Assembly: GCF_000143415.4 (NCBI RefSeq)
Contig: NW_003314370.1
Location: 501,629 to 565,628, forward strand
Direction: 5' to 3'
From: Selaginella moellendorffii
Lineage: Eukaryota; Plantae; Lycopodiophyta
DNA length: 64,000 nt
The position numbers were made by a program, and so were the translations under genes. This document shows, one piece after another, positions 24,961 to 36,379 of this stretch. Below the pieces are notes generated by a model. That model ran no database searches, was not told where the DNA came from, and was given only the letters and a program-made list of their open reading frames with translations. Every line of letters begins with the position of its first letter. The stretch's first letter is position 1.

Positions 24961-27695
24961 NATGAACTGACCATTGGGAAGTCCAAGACTAGAGTGAATA
25001 CAGACCGACAAGCAGGGTAGCTTGGTGAAGTGTTCAAGAGTTAGCTCTAGTTCCCCCGGGAGATCGAATGGTCGATGCTCGCAGTCCAAGTGTGGGTGGC
25101 ACTACCTACTTGGATACCTGGCGTGGCTCAACGGAACCTCGCTCTAAGCCCATGGCTAGAACACCTAAAGGCAGAAGGCAGGGAGAATACCCATGAGGCT
25201 CGCGTAGGGCTATGGTGTTCCAAAATGTTGTCCCAAAGTCCCAGATTGTGGAAAGGAAGAGGAGTAGCTCTTTGGTGTGGTAATCAAGGACACAGTCACA
25301 CAATGAGGAAGTCCCAAATGATAGTGGGACTTAGTGGTCGGGCCTATGGGCCTTGATCTAGTGGCAATGTTGGCAAACACGGCCATGGACAGAAAGGGAC
25401 TTGGTGGGGACCAGAATAGAGATATTGGGGAAGGCTGTTCCCCATATTTGTGGGCATCCTAAAGATGCTAAGGAGTGGATCTAGGATGATCATTCATGGA
25501 CGGATGGTCTAGTCGTTGAGAGACGGGATTGCAACACAAGTGGTGTTAGACCACTAATGTGACCAAGGTGAATGGGTATGGCGTAGCGTAATGAGTTGAT
25601 ATGTTGGTGGTACCTTGGGGTGTCGGTCATGGGATCGGACACGTGGAGCACTTGAACCAAGTGCAAAGGTTAAGTGGCATGGATGCCATTCTCGGGGTTA
25701 GCAGACCCCAAGTCCTGAATTGGACTTATGGAGGTTGTGAGTGAGACTCTTCCTAGTGATCGGAGAGGGGGTTAGGTGACTAAAGTAGAATGGAAAAATT
25801 AGTCTCTTACAATTTGGTATTGGAGTTGTTCCTTAGTCCGACTTTTATTGATGGCTAAGTATATCACCACTTGTATTGAATTGGAAGGTCTTAGGTATGG
25901 ACTTATCCTTAAGGAGTAGCATGTCAAGAAGATATGGCTCTCCACTCAAGTTCATGCATGAACTTGTGCACAATGTGATGGATAGAAAAGGGCTAGTAAA
26001 GGAACAACTTTGGGATCTTGGGAACAATATAAGGGTTTCTTCAGAGAGTTGAGGATGTGATTCAAATAAGCATTTGGCTCAGCAAACTGGCTAAGGTAGT
26101 TATGATAAACAACTATATTTGGGATCACGGGAAAGATAGAGACTCCAGAACAATAAAGGAGTTACAAGATTATCCTCAAATAGTTGAGGTTGGTGCTCAT
26201 CAATTTGAGACCAGAATTAATAACCGTGGGAGGTCAAATATAAAAAAGGACACAGGTCCTTGAAATGGTACCTGAGGCTACTTTTTATAAATGCTAGAAT
26301 AAACCCAAGGAGTTGGGGGTGTGCTTAGAGGATGAGTTGGTATTCTCATCATATGGACGGATAGTCCTAAAGGGCAAAAGTAGCCCATAGAGAACGGAAA
26401 ATAATAAAGTGTTGGAGTAACATTTGCAAAGATGGTCTTTATGAGTAAGGCATGAATACACACAATTGTATTCCAGCGAGCTAACACCTGAAAAATAGGA
26501 CCTTACGGGTCAGTGGATTAACAAAGTCCATAAATGTGGGATGACTTGAGTAGAGTCAAGAAATGGTCCTAAGGGATTGGTAAAAAACATTTGGACTATG
26601 GTGTGTTGTGCCCCATGAAGGTTGGGGAGGATCATAAAATCCAAGTATGAGAATGGTGAGTATCTTATTGATAGCAGAATGTGCCATACTAAAGCGGTGG
26701 GGAAGGTGTTCCCAGAAGAAAACAACTTTAACATAAAGTTGTGTGTAAACCTTATGGTGCAGTGCTAACGGATAGTTGGTATGAGAAAGAATTGTAGTGG
26801 TTTTGGTAAGGACCTAGACACAAGTAAGAAGTGTCATAAAGGTAGGCTCGTGGAGCTGATGGTGTGGAGACATCGAATGTGCTAAGACATGATGCTTTAA
26901 GGTGAGGTGATGGGTTCACGAGAACCCCTTCTCAAAGGAAACCTAATGGAAATGGGAATGGCATAACCTAAGCGGAAGGCATGCAATTGGAGTGTGGTGA
27001 CCTAGATAATGATGGAGGTGTGAAAGCATCAACAATGAGTTGTAAGACTTGACAACTATGAGGCAACTAAGCAAAAGGTGCAAAATAATCGGTTAAACTA
27101 GTAAAAGGTAGCTACCCAAGACTTCTAGCATAAAGAAGTTAAATATACCCGTATAGGGGATAAATTGCTTATGTTGCGATATAGTAAGTCAATGTCGTAA
27201 AAGGGAATGCTCATTGTCAAAGAGGCCATCATTAGGACACCTAAACACTCGAGAACACAAGGAGGTGGTGTTTGGTGTCGCAAGGGCAATCCAAGGGACT
27301 AAATCCCTAGTGAATGATGGATAAAAGGTGCTATCCAAACGTCGAAGGTTGTGGAGATGGGAGAAGACCATCTACCCGAATTGGACAAAGCTAAAAATGG
27401 AATTTTGGCAAGGCTAGTGATGGGCATATAAAGGCCCATAAGTAGCAACATTAATCCCGGTGTGTGGAATTATAAGGTGACCATACTCGGATTGAAGAAC
27501 CACTCCCTAGGCTATCAGGTAGGTTCATCTTTAAGAATACTTGCTAAAGCATGGTAGAAAATGCAAATCTATCCTCCTAGTCTGGAGAAGAATATCCAAA
27601 GGAAATGTATGAGGCCAAAAAGCAAATAGTAATGGGATAAAACCAAACCATAGGAATTAAAGAGCATAACTAAAGGTGAGTTGAGAGTGGAGAAT
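24961..27695. mobile_element. Unclassified purine-rich repetitive element abutting the 3' half of the LRR gene
   Basis: 25478-25830 is repeated at 58612-58960. No long ORFs. Sharp junction with the LRR fragment. Confidence 0.5.
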
Positions 27696-27944
27696 CTGAG
27701 CTCCCTCGACCTCTCGCACAACTCGTTTAGCGGGGAGATCCCTTCGGAGCTTGGCCAGTGTCAAATGCTGGTGAGCTTGGATCTGAGCTACAACCTTCTG
27801 TCCGGAGAAATCCCGTCCTTCCTCGAGAGCTTGTCGCGGCTGGAAGTTCTTTGCTTGCCTGGGAACTCTTTCTCTGGTGGCGTGCCCGAGTGGATCGTCC
27901 GGAGCTCCAGGAGCTCAACCTCGCGGAGAACGATCTCCGGGTGA
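27696..27944 (+). pseudogene. 3' part of LRR receptor-kinase fragment (copy 1)
   Basis: LSSLDLSHNSFSGEIPSELGQCQMLVSLDLSYNLLSGEIP. Homologous to 40582-40830. Confidence 0.85.
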
Positions 27945-28343
27945 TAGATTCATGCGGAAAAGATTGTCGATAGGACCACGTAGGGCTGGATAATGGCGTG
28001 TCAAAATATACACTTATTGCTGCGCTTTGTGGAGGATTAGATTCTTCCATGGAATTATTTGAAGATTTTGGGGAATTGGCAAGCAAGGTTCCCAGTCCAC
28101 TGGATTGAAAGTGGCAGCGATGGCTAATTCGCGTCTAGCTTCTCTCTTTATCGCTGGCACGGATGGCCACGGACTCCAATACTTTATATATTTTGGCTTT
28201 TTACCATTTTTTGGAGCTCCTTTAATAAAAAGTGTTCAAGTAATAAAAGGCCCTTATTTGTCACGATCATAAATTACATTCCTTCAATTCCATATGCATT
28301 TGAACAGTATCAAGAATATTCCTCTAAAAAGGGCGAAGTTCCT

Positions 28344-28351
28344 TATATAAA
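28344..28351 (+). promoter_or_regulatory. Putative TATA box of the phosphatase gene (also at 41230-41237)
   Basis: TATATAAA about 30 bp upstream of the ATG. Confidence 0.4.
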
Positions 28352-28378
28352 GCCCTACACCCAACGCTACAGCGATGT

Positions 28379-29011
28379 ATGGCACAATTAGAAGCTCAAC
28401 ACGTTGACAAGGTAGGCAAGCCGACTTTGATCCTCGACTTGGACGGCACACTGATTGCAACGTCTCGGCAAGCGGGGCTACACGCGAAGCTCGATTTTGT
28501 GGTGGAGTTTGATCCTCAAGAACAGCCCGTCTGGGTTTGCAAGCGCCCTGGTCTGGATGATTTCCTCAGCAAAGCATCGCAGCTTTTCGAGGTGGTGGTG
28601 TTCAGCCTGGGGAAGAGAGCGTACGTGGAGAAGATGCGGGAGAAGATCGATCCCAGTGGCTCGCTGGTGGCGTTTTGGCTGTCCAGGGACTCTTGCAGTG
28701 GCAGTGATGCCATCAAGGAGTACAAGGACTTGAACAGCCCGAGCTTTGGGAGGGATTTGCGCAGGGTGGTGTGGGTGGATGATTTCCGGGATTCTTTCCG
28801 AATGAACCTGGAGAGCGGGATTGTGGTGCCAATGTTTCGGAACAGCAGCAGTGGCAACGATCGGGTGCTCATGGATTTGTGGCCGCATCTGGAAACACTT
28901 GCAACTTATGGGCCTGATGTGGATGTGAGGGCTGCTCTGCTCTCACTGCCGCTCCCTCTGCTCGAATCCAACCTTGCCAGGGCAATCAGTCGCCCCAAGC
29001 TGTGCATGTAA
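28379..29011 (+). CDS. NIF/FCP1-SCP-type HAD phosphatase, intronless (copy 1)
   Basis: KPTLILDLDGTLI (DxDxT), KRPGLDDFL, FEVVVFS, LSRDSC, YKDL, GRDLRRVVWVDD. Confidence 0.92.
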   Translation: MAQLEAQHVDKVGKPTLILDLDGTLIATSRQAGLHAKLDFVVEFDPQEQPVWVCKRPGLDDFLSKASQLFEVVVFSLGKRAYVEKMREKIDPSGSLVAFWLSRDSCSGSDAIKEYKDLNSPSFGRDLRRVVWVDDFRDSFRMNLESGIVVPMFRNSSSGNDRVLMDLWPHLETLATYGPDVDVRAALLSLPLPLLESNLARAISRPKLCM

Positions 29012-29653
29012 TCCTACTGTGGTTATATATGATAAAAAGCTATGCCACGCAGAATCTTACAAGGCCGAGCAAAGCATGGCATGTAGAGGGGAGAAAATCG
29101 GAAGGAAAGGGTGTGGCTCGTTTCTCGATATGCTTGCTTGTGAAACTCTTTAATCCTTTTTGCTTCTCGTACACTGCTAGAGTAGAAGAGAGGAGCAGGA
29201 TGCCGCACGGGGTCTTTTGTACGAGAGAGACAGCTCCGGCGACAAGAGATGTGAGGGGACTGCTTCTTCACAATCACTTGACATCTTTTCAAGTTCCTGA
29301 TTCTGCTCGGTTCCTTGTCCCCGAGATCCATGGAGCGGGGGCTGGAATTGGCTGTGTCATTGTGCAGTCTCTTCATCTTACAGCATTTGCCCAGAGGCGG
29401 GATCCGGTGCGACGAAGCTGGTAAGGATCCAATCTTCCCTGTACATGTCACTCGCAAGACTGAAAATACCACGAAGCCCGCGCGTTCCGATCTGACCTGT
29501 TTCTCTTTTTTGCCCCTTGGTTTCAGTCACGACGGATGCCGCGCGGGGCCGCGCTGCACGGGCTACGGGCTGGACGGGCGGCAGTGACGTGCGTCACTTT
29601 TGCGCGTTGGCATATTTCTAGGGAGCGTGGGTATATTCCTTCTTGTGCAAGCG

Positions 29654-32124
29654 ATGGCGCCGGGAGCAAGCGCTGACGATCGCGCTCGGGGCGAAGGCGA
29701 TGGTGCTCCGGGCGACGGCGATCGGGATGCCGTGGCTCTGGACATTGGTAATGTGCTTAGCAGCATTTCTTTGTTCCTCATCCTCATGGATCCATGTTTT
29801 GGTCTGTCCAGGGGTCTCTATGGTCCGGGTCGCGCGTTTCTTGCCGACTCCCATGGCGGGATCGGATCTCCCCTGCCGTGGAGGCTACCTCGAGCTCAAA
29901 GAATTCTCGACAATCCGTGAGTGTCTTGACGCGCTGCAATCCCAAGGCATCACAACGATTAAGGTCTCTAGCTCATTGAATTTTCTCGCCTCGTAGCATT
30001 TGCCATTACACAGGCCACGGGGGAGGGGGTTTTCCGGCACTCCCGCATCTTCGAAGAGCACTTGGGCATTCAACTGGAAATCCTACCCGACATGGAGTGC
30101 TTAGTAGCAGGAGCAACGTTCATGCTACAGGACGCAAAAAATCAGCAGGAACATCCTTTATTCCCGTTCCTGCTCGTCAACTTTGGCACAGGCGTGAACA
30201 TGATCAAGGTCAGGGGTCTTTCTCCACAAAAGTAGCTCCACAAAAGAAGCTAACGTGAACCTACAGGTGGAAGGCCATAATGTTTTCAAAAGAGTTTCGG
30301 GCACGACCATAGGTGGCGGTGCACTGCGCGGCCTCTCATCGCTTGCAACTTCCTGTCAAAGGTGAAACAGCAATATTCTAATGTTAACATGAAATTTTTT
30401 TGGTGTTTTTTTCTAGTTTTCAAAGCTTTTTGGACTTGTGCTCCAATGGAGAAAGTACTGGAGTGGATTTGCTCGTCACAGATATGCATGGGACCACGTC
30501 AACAGAGGTAAGAACAGTGTTTTTTTTATCTAAACGTTATTCTTTTCTTTTTTACCAATAGGCCAAGCTCCCGCACTCGGCCATAGCTGCGAGTCTTGGA
30601 AAATTGAGCTGGGGTGAATCCACAGGGCATTGGCGAGAGGAGGACATTGCTATGTCACTCCTTCGGATGATAGTGAACAACATCTCCCAGATAGCTTCGC
30701 TCACCGCTGCCGGACAGAACGTGAAGAAGACTGTGTTCACCGGAAGCTTTTTGCGTGGCCCCGTGGTAAACGTGCTGAGATCTGCGATGCAGTTCTGGTC
30801 TCCGGCAGCACAGCCAGTTTTCCTCCACAGCGATTACCTCAAAACGGCCGGTGCATTCTTGGCAGGGCCTCGGTGTTGCTCCACTCCTCCCATGACTAAA
30901 AAGGTACATTCCATTTTTGGCTACACACAACGATTGCGTTACTCCTCCTCCAGGGATACACTCCTCCTCATTTGAGGAGGGCACCGGAGCCACTTTCAGC
31001 TGCAACCAAGGATGAGCTGAGCTCAACATTGCTCAATGCCGCGCGATGCCTCAAGGCGTCCGGAGTAAGCGTTTGTTTTGAGTTGTCACAGTGTTTCTCT
31101 AATTGTATGTGTAGGATTTGTCGGAGAGGACGTTTAATTACATTGTCAAGGATCTCTGCGGCGGTGAGCTGGGAACAAAGCACATCAACACCAAGTTCAA
31201 TGAAGAATTCACGTTGATCAAACAGCTTGGAAGAGGTGCTGACGGTGTGGTTTACATGTGCCGACACAAGTTTGACGGACAAGTGTACGCGGTAAAGCAG
31301 GTGAGCTTGGAGTGTATGTCATGAACCAAAGCTCTCTAATCTATGCTTTGCAGATCCATGTCCGGAAAGACCTTGAGAGTGTCATGAAGGAAGCAAGAAC
31401 ACTTTCAACTCTGGCTCATGCAAACATTGTGAAATATCATACTTCTTGGTGGGAGGAGCAGCCTGGTGGGGGTTGTGTGGTGTACATCCAAATGCAATAC
31501 TGCACGAGGTACCAGTGTGTAAAATCTTTCCCTTTTTTTTTTTTTTTTTTCCTTTTTTCGAGCTGACAAGCCATTTTTACAGCTCGTTAAAAGATATGCT
31601 GGAAGATCCAAAAGCCTTGATCCCGGTGGCAGCGTTCAACGAGCTCGTTCAAGCTGTTGAGTACCTGCATGAAAAAAAAATCATTCACAGAGACATCGCT
31701 CCGAAGAATATCTTTTTCGACGACTATAATCGCCTGAAACTGGGAGATTTCGGGCTGGGTACGTAGTTTTCTAGTTTCCTCCTTGCCAGAGGTTCTCATA
31801 TTTATTTTTCCAGCGAAGAAGAAGTTGTCGCTCCCGAGAGAGGGTGGGAAAGTTGGGACAGGCATGTACTCCTCGCCAAAGCAACTCGAGAATGAGATGG
31901 CTTCCGATATTTTCAGCCTGGGGATGATACTTTTCGAGCTCAATTGCCGCTTCTCACCCGAGAACCAAGACAGAGACTCCACGATGCAGCTGGCTAAGGA
32001 TGGCATCTTCCCAAAGGAGTGGGAAATTGCAAACCAGGAATTGGCAGAGAAGATTCGGAGCATGCTACATCCAAACAGGAGCCTCAGGCCGACAGCCAGC
32101 CAGATCCTGGCTTCTCTCCCGTAG
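29654..32124 (+). CDS. Type II pantothenate-kinase-like / eIF2-alpha (GCN2-like) protein kinase fusion, 11 exons, ~635 aa (copy 1)
   Basis: Exons 29654-29747, 29812-29963, 30014-30208, 30267-30361, 30417-30507, 30562-30903, 30954-31064, 31115-31300, 31354-31508, 31583-31758, 31814-32124. All introns are GT-AG and the frame is preserved. PanK motifs: ALDIG, ATG, CLVAGA, PFLLVNFGTGV, RVSGTTIGGG, VDLLVTD, EDIAMSLLRMIVNNISQIA, FW. Kinase motifs: LGRGADGVV, DGQVYAVK, HANIVKY..W, YIQMQYC, HRDIAPKNIFFD, GDFGLA, DIFSLG, RPTA. Confidence 0.85.
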
Positions 32125-32689
32125 AAACAACATTCCATTAGAGAATGTAATGGACCTCAGTCCCACTTTCTCACCTCCGCGGGCTAATGGCTGTCCCCTG
32201 GTGCTAGGCTCATTCTCCACCGATCAACTTCAAGCTTCCAGCAAAATGGAATGCTTTCTCGAGGTCAAAAACCAGATCAACGACCGGTGTGAAGACCAAA
32301 GACGACCGGAGACCACGTTGGCCTCTACCCAAATGGTTGCTTCTACAATTGCATGCATGATCCATGCAATTTTGGCTCGCCTCGCTAGAGCTTGCACTGC
32401 AGCAAAAGGTGGCGGAGAGGTTGCAAAACCTTTGGCCACCACTTATTTTGAGAAAATGAGAATAAGCACACACTCAAATTTGAATAGATAAAGCTTGATC
32501 ACTAACACTGCAACATGTTGATAAGTTATGCTACCAAAGTAGAAAATTAAAAGGCATACATGCAATTGTCATCCACAAATCATTGCCCAGTGGGATTGGA
32601 AGAAGTGGTATGGCAATTCCTTGCAGATTTAACAAAATTTATGCTAGAAATTATTGTGAATAAGTTTTTTGGACAAAAGAGAGTTGAAT

Positions 32690-35450
32690 CTAGTAAATAA
32701 AATTGCTGTGTGTTGCATTGCATGGTTTGCTTTTGTTTTTATATTTTTTATTAGGATGTATAATTTGTTATGATCTGTCCAATATGCAGGTCCTATTCCT
32801 GCTTTTGTATATATTATATCTTTTATCCATATATGATCTATTAATTTATTATTACATGTGTTGTGCTTTATTATTTATATGCATCCTTCTTTCTCCATTA
32901 TTGTTTGAAGTGGTTTTGCTTCTTCTTTTTGGTAGTCAATATTGAAATCTCCTGTAATTATTACTGGCTTTTTATTATCTATTTTCTGTATATATTTTTG
33001 TAGTTGTTTTATGAATATTTGTATATTTGTTCCAGGTTTTCTATGTAAATTTTTTATCTTTAATTTTTAAATTTTTTTTCTAGTGATACATATGACATTG
33101 CCAATGTTTCTGTTTTTAGATGTTCTATGATTTATAGTCATTTGTATGCAATGTTCATGTATATATGATTTATATTTATTAAAATTTAAATCCTCATGTT
33201 TTTGTGTTCTTACTTCTTGCATACATATCATATCTGATGTTAATAATTGTGAATCACTCTCTATATCGTCTTTATGTGCAGTAATAGATGTTGTATTTAG
33301 AACTTGTATAATTGTTTGGTTAGCTATTTTTTCTTCTTGTAAATCTATTAAATCAATTTGCTATAGTGCTTCTGTTGTCATTCTTAATATTTCTTTAGCT
33401 GCATCTTTATTGATTTTAATATGTTTATGTTCAATTGGTCTATATAAATGTATACCTTTTAGTGTTTGTGCTCTTGATAATGCTGTATATGCTTGTTCTA
33501 GATATTTTGTTTTATATGAGTCATATCCTAATTGCATAACAGTTGATCCTTGTGCTCTATGTGTTGTTCTTCTTGCGCATGGTTGTACTGGAAATTGGGT
33601 TCTACTTATAACATAATTTTTATTTTTAGTAATATTTATTATTCTTGTTTTTTTTTATTGGTGTCCAGTTTTTTTTTTCATTATTTTTCTTTATTGTTAT
33701 GTTTTCTTTAGCTCTTGTTTTTTCACCTGTTTTTATATTTGGGAATTCTATCCACATTATTTGTTTTTCTTCAATCTGGGTTACATCTTGTACTACTCCA
33801 TTTGCTCCATTTACTAATCCATCTTTTGTTGTTGTATTTTGTGTTATTTCAATTGCCATGTTTTTTTTTCAAATGTAATATTTCATGTAGTCCTTGTGTT
33901 TTTTTTGTGTTATTTGGCAGCATGAAATGTGTAGGACAGGAATTTCCATGTTTGTCTTGTGCTTTTATAATTATATCTTGACTTTGTATGTGTTGTATTA
34001 TTTTTTCATTATGTGTTTTTACTTGTTCATTAGTTGCAAATATCGAATAGTATTCTGTGTTATATGTATCTGTGGTGACTTGTTTCTTTATATATTCTAG
34101 CTCTTTATCTGTTTGTTCTCATATTTTTATTTTATTTAAAGCTTTTATAAAGATTATATCATCTTTTTGCCTCATTATTTTAGTAAGTTCATAAACTTTA
34201 ATATTATTTTTCCATGGGTGGTATATAGAGACATTATTTTCAGGTCCATATGTTTTTGTTGAATAAATTGGTGCTTCAAATATAGGATTGAATTGATAGA
34301 AATCACTTGTAAATAAACAATCCATCTCACCAAAGTTTATTCCATATGTTGTTTTGAAGCTTTCACATCTTCTACTTATATCTTGTAGCATTTCTGCACT
34401 TACTATTGATATTTCATCTATTACTAAACAATTTATTGTTGAAAACTTTCTCTTGTATTTATCTAATGTGTCATTTGTTAATATTGTTTGACGTTGTTTT
34501 GATGCTTATGGTCGAAATGTAAAAGCTGAATGTATTGTTGAACCATTTATATTACAAGCTTCTTTTCATGTAGGTGTTGTTATTAATACTGTTTGTCATG
34601 GTTCATTATTTATATCTTGGTTTGTTTTATAATATCATTTGAGTGTTTTTATAAGTGTATTTAAAAGCATTAATTTTCCAATTCCTGCTCTTGTTAAAAA
34701 TAAGCACATATGTTTGTTACGTTGTTTTATTTTTTTCAATATAAAGTCATCATGTATTATTCTTTGCTTTTTATTTAGAGTTCTTAATAATTGGTGATAT
34801 TTACTAGTTTCTATAAGTTATTCATCTTGTATTATAATTGTTGTATTTGTTAATATTTATATTTTATATTTAAATTTAAGTTTTTTTAATTTTTCATTTT
34901 TAATAAATCTTTCCCTATATCAAATTCATTTGTTTGGTTTGTATTTATTTCTTGTATATACTGTGTTTGTTCTTTTAATATTTTATTTGCTTCTTGTTCT
35001 AGATTCTCCCAATTAAATTCACTCTCATTTGTTGCTTTTTTATATATGTATTGATATTGTTTTTCATTTATTTATTCCATATTTGCTTCATATGCATATA
35101 TTTTGTGTACATTTCTTTAAGATCTTCTTCTTTTCTAAATTTTTTATGTAAGATTAATCTTTCAAATGCCCATTTTCTGGATTTTTTTCTTTACTAAATT
35201 TTATATATTTAGTTATATATATATTTTTTAATGTTTTTGTGTTGTTAATTATTTTTTAATTATATATTCAGTTGTTATCTCTGCTAATGTTAAATCTTCT
35301 AATTCTTCATGTTTTTATTTGGATATGTTAATAGTTTTTATTTGCTCATTTTTATTCTTTCTTGATAAATAATAGTATCTAGAAACAATTTGCTACTCAG
35401 TTAAATCAATATTATTATTGAATTTTAGTTCTTTTTCTTTTTTATTTGCA
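32690..35450 (-). mobile_element. Decayed Helitron-type PIF1 helicase plus EEP endonuclease (copy 1)
   Basis: AGIGK, NINGSTIHSAF, VIDEIS, DFYQF, ELTKIMRQKDD, GLVNG, RTQFP, THRAQGST, AYTALSR, followed by ICMQE, GDFN, IDHIW. Stops and frameshifts. Right boundary approximate. Confidence 0.85.
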
Positions 35451-36379
35451 GATCCTTGAAATGATAACAATTTTACATCTAGAAGTTCTATCTATTCAAA
35501 ATTTTTCTTTGTCATAATTATGCCCTTTATACTTAAATGCCCTTATTGCCCTTAATGTCTTTACACCCACCGGATAGATGGGTGCATCCAGATTAGTTTT
35601 TTCTATGATTGTTTAGTTGATCAAGATTGTTTAAAGAGATTCAACAATTGAACCAAATGAACTATTTTTAGCCTAATTTCAGTAAGTAATAATTCTCTAT
35701 CTTTCAATCAACAGCTTTGTGAAGGTTGATAATTGATAATCTAGACCAGTAGAAACAATCAAAGATCTTTTACTTACTTTTCAATGTTATTCCGTTGAAA
35801 ACCATTTATGCCCTAAAGGTATATTAAATCTTTATTTAAAAGGGCCTAAAATGGGCTTATCTCTTGCGATGAGAGAAACGTGAGCACAAGTACTAGACTC
35901 GTGCATTTTTAAGTAATTGATTGCCTGCTTGATTGTATTATTTCTATATCTCTTTCTTTTGGGTTAACACCACTATCTCGCATGGATTCTGGTGTCTTGC
36001 TACTTGAGCAGCTGAATGGATCATGCAGTAGGAGATTTCTGAGGGATACCTTCAAAAAGAGGGCCAATGCTTTGTAAATCCTCAAGATTCCTCAGCAAAA
36101 TGAGTTAGGAAAGAAAGAACTTTATCAAAACAAGGTGAAATTTTCTTTTTGTAAGTCTTTTAGGAGTGGTCTTTGTCTTCTTTACACTACACTAGGTCAA
36201 AGGATTGCACAGGGCATTGGATATAGTTAGAAGACAGATCCAGCACAAGGTGTGTGATTGTCCCTCCTTGTTTTTTCTTTCTTCCTCGTTTTTCCTTTAC
36301 ATTCACATAAGCTCCCATAGGATAAGAAGGTCTTGAGTAACATCCTGGCTTTGTTAGGTTTTGCAGCTGGTTTCTGAGC

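Noticed and set aside
29330-29620. Signal-peptide-like upstream exon (MERGLELAVSLCSLFIL...) spliced onto the fusion gene
   Set aside because: Splicing from the donor at ~29421 to the acceptor at ~29526 reaches a stop before the PanK ATG. More likely a UTR/uORF or a decayed fragment.
28379-32124. Single phosphatase-PanK-kinase triple fusion or LRR-kinase fusion
   Set aside because: The phosphatase ends in TAA at 29011 and I found no convincing in-frame splice path to 29654.
32000-32491. 163-aa and overlapping antisense ORFs after the kinase
   Set aside because: No recognisable motifs. They are repeated only because the whole cassette is duplicated.
32703-34100. Hydrophobic plus-strand ORFs
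   Set aside because: Antisense shadows of the A-rich helicase/endonuclease strand.
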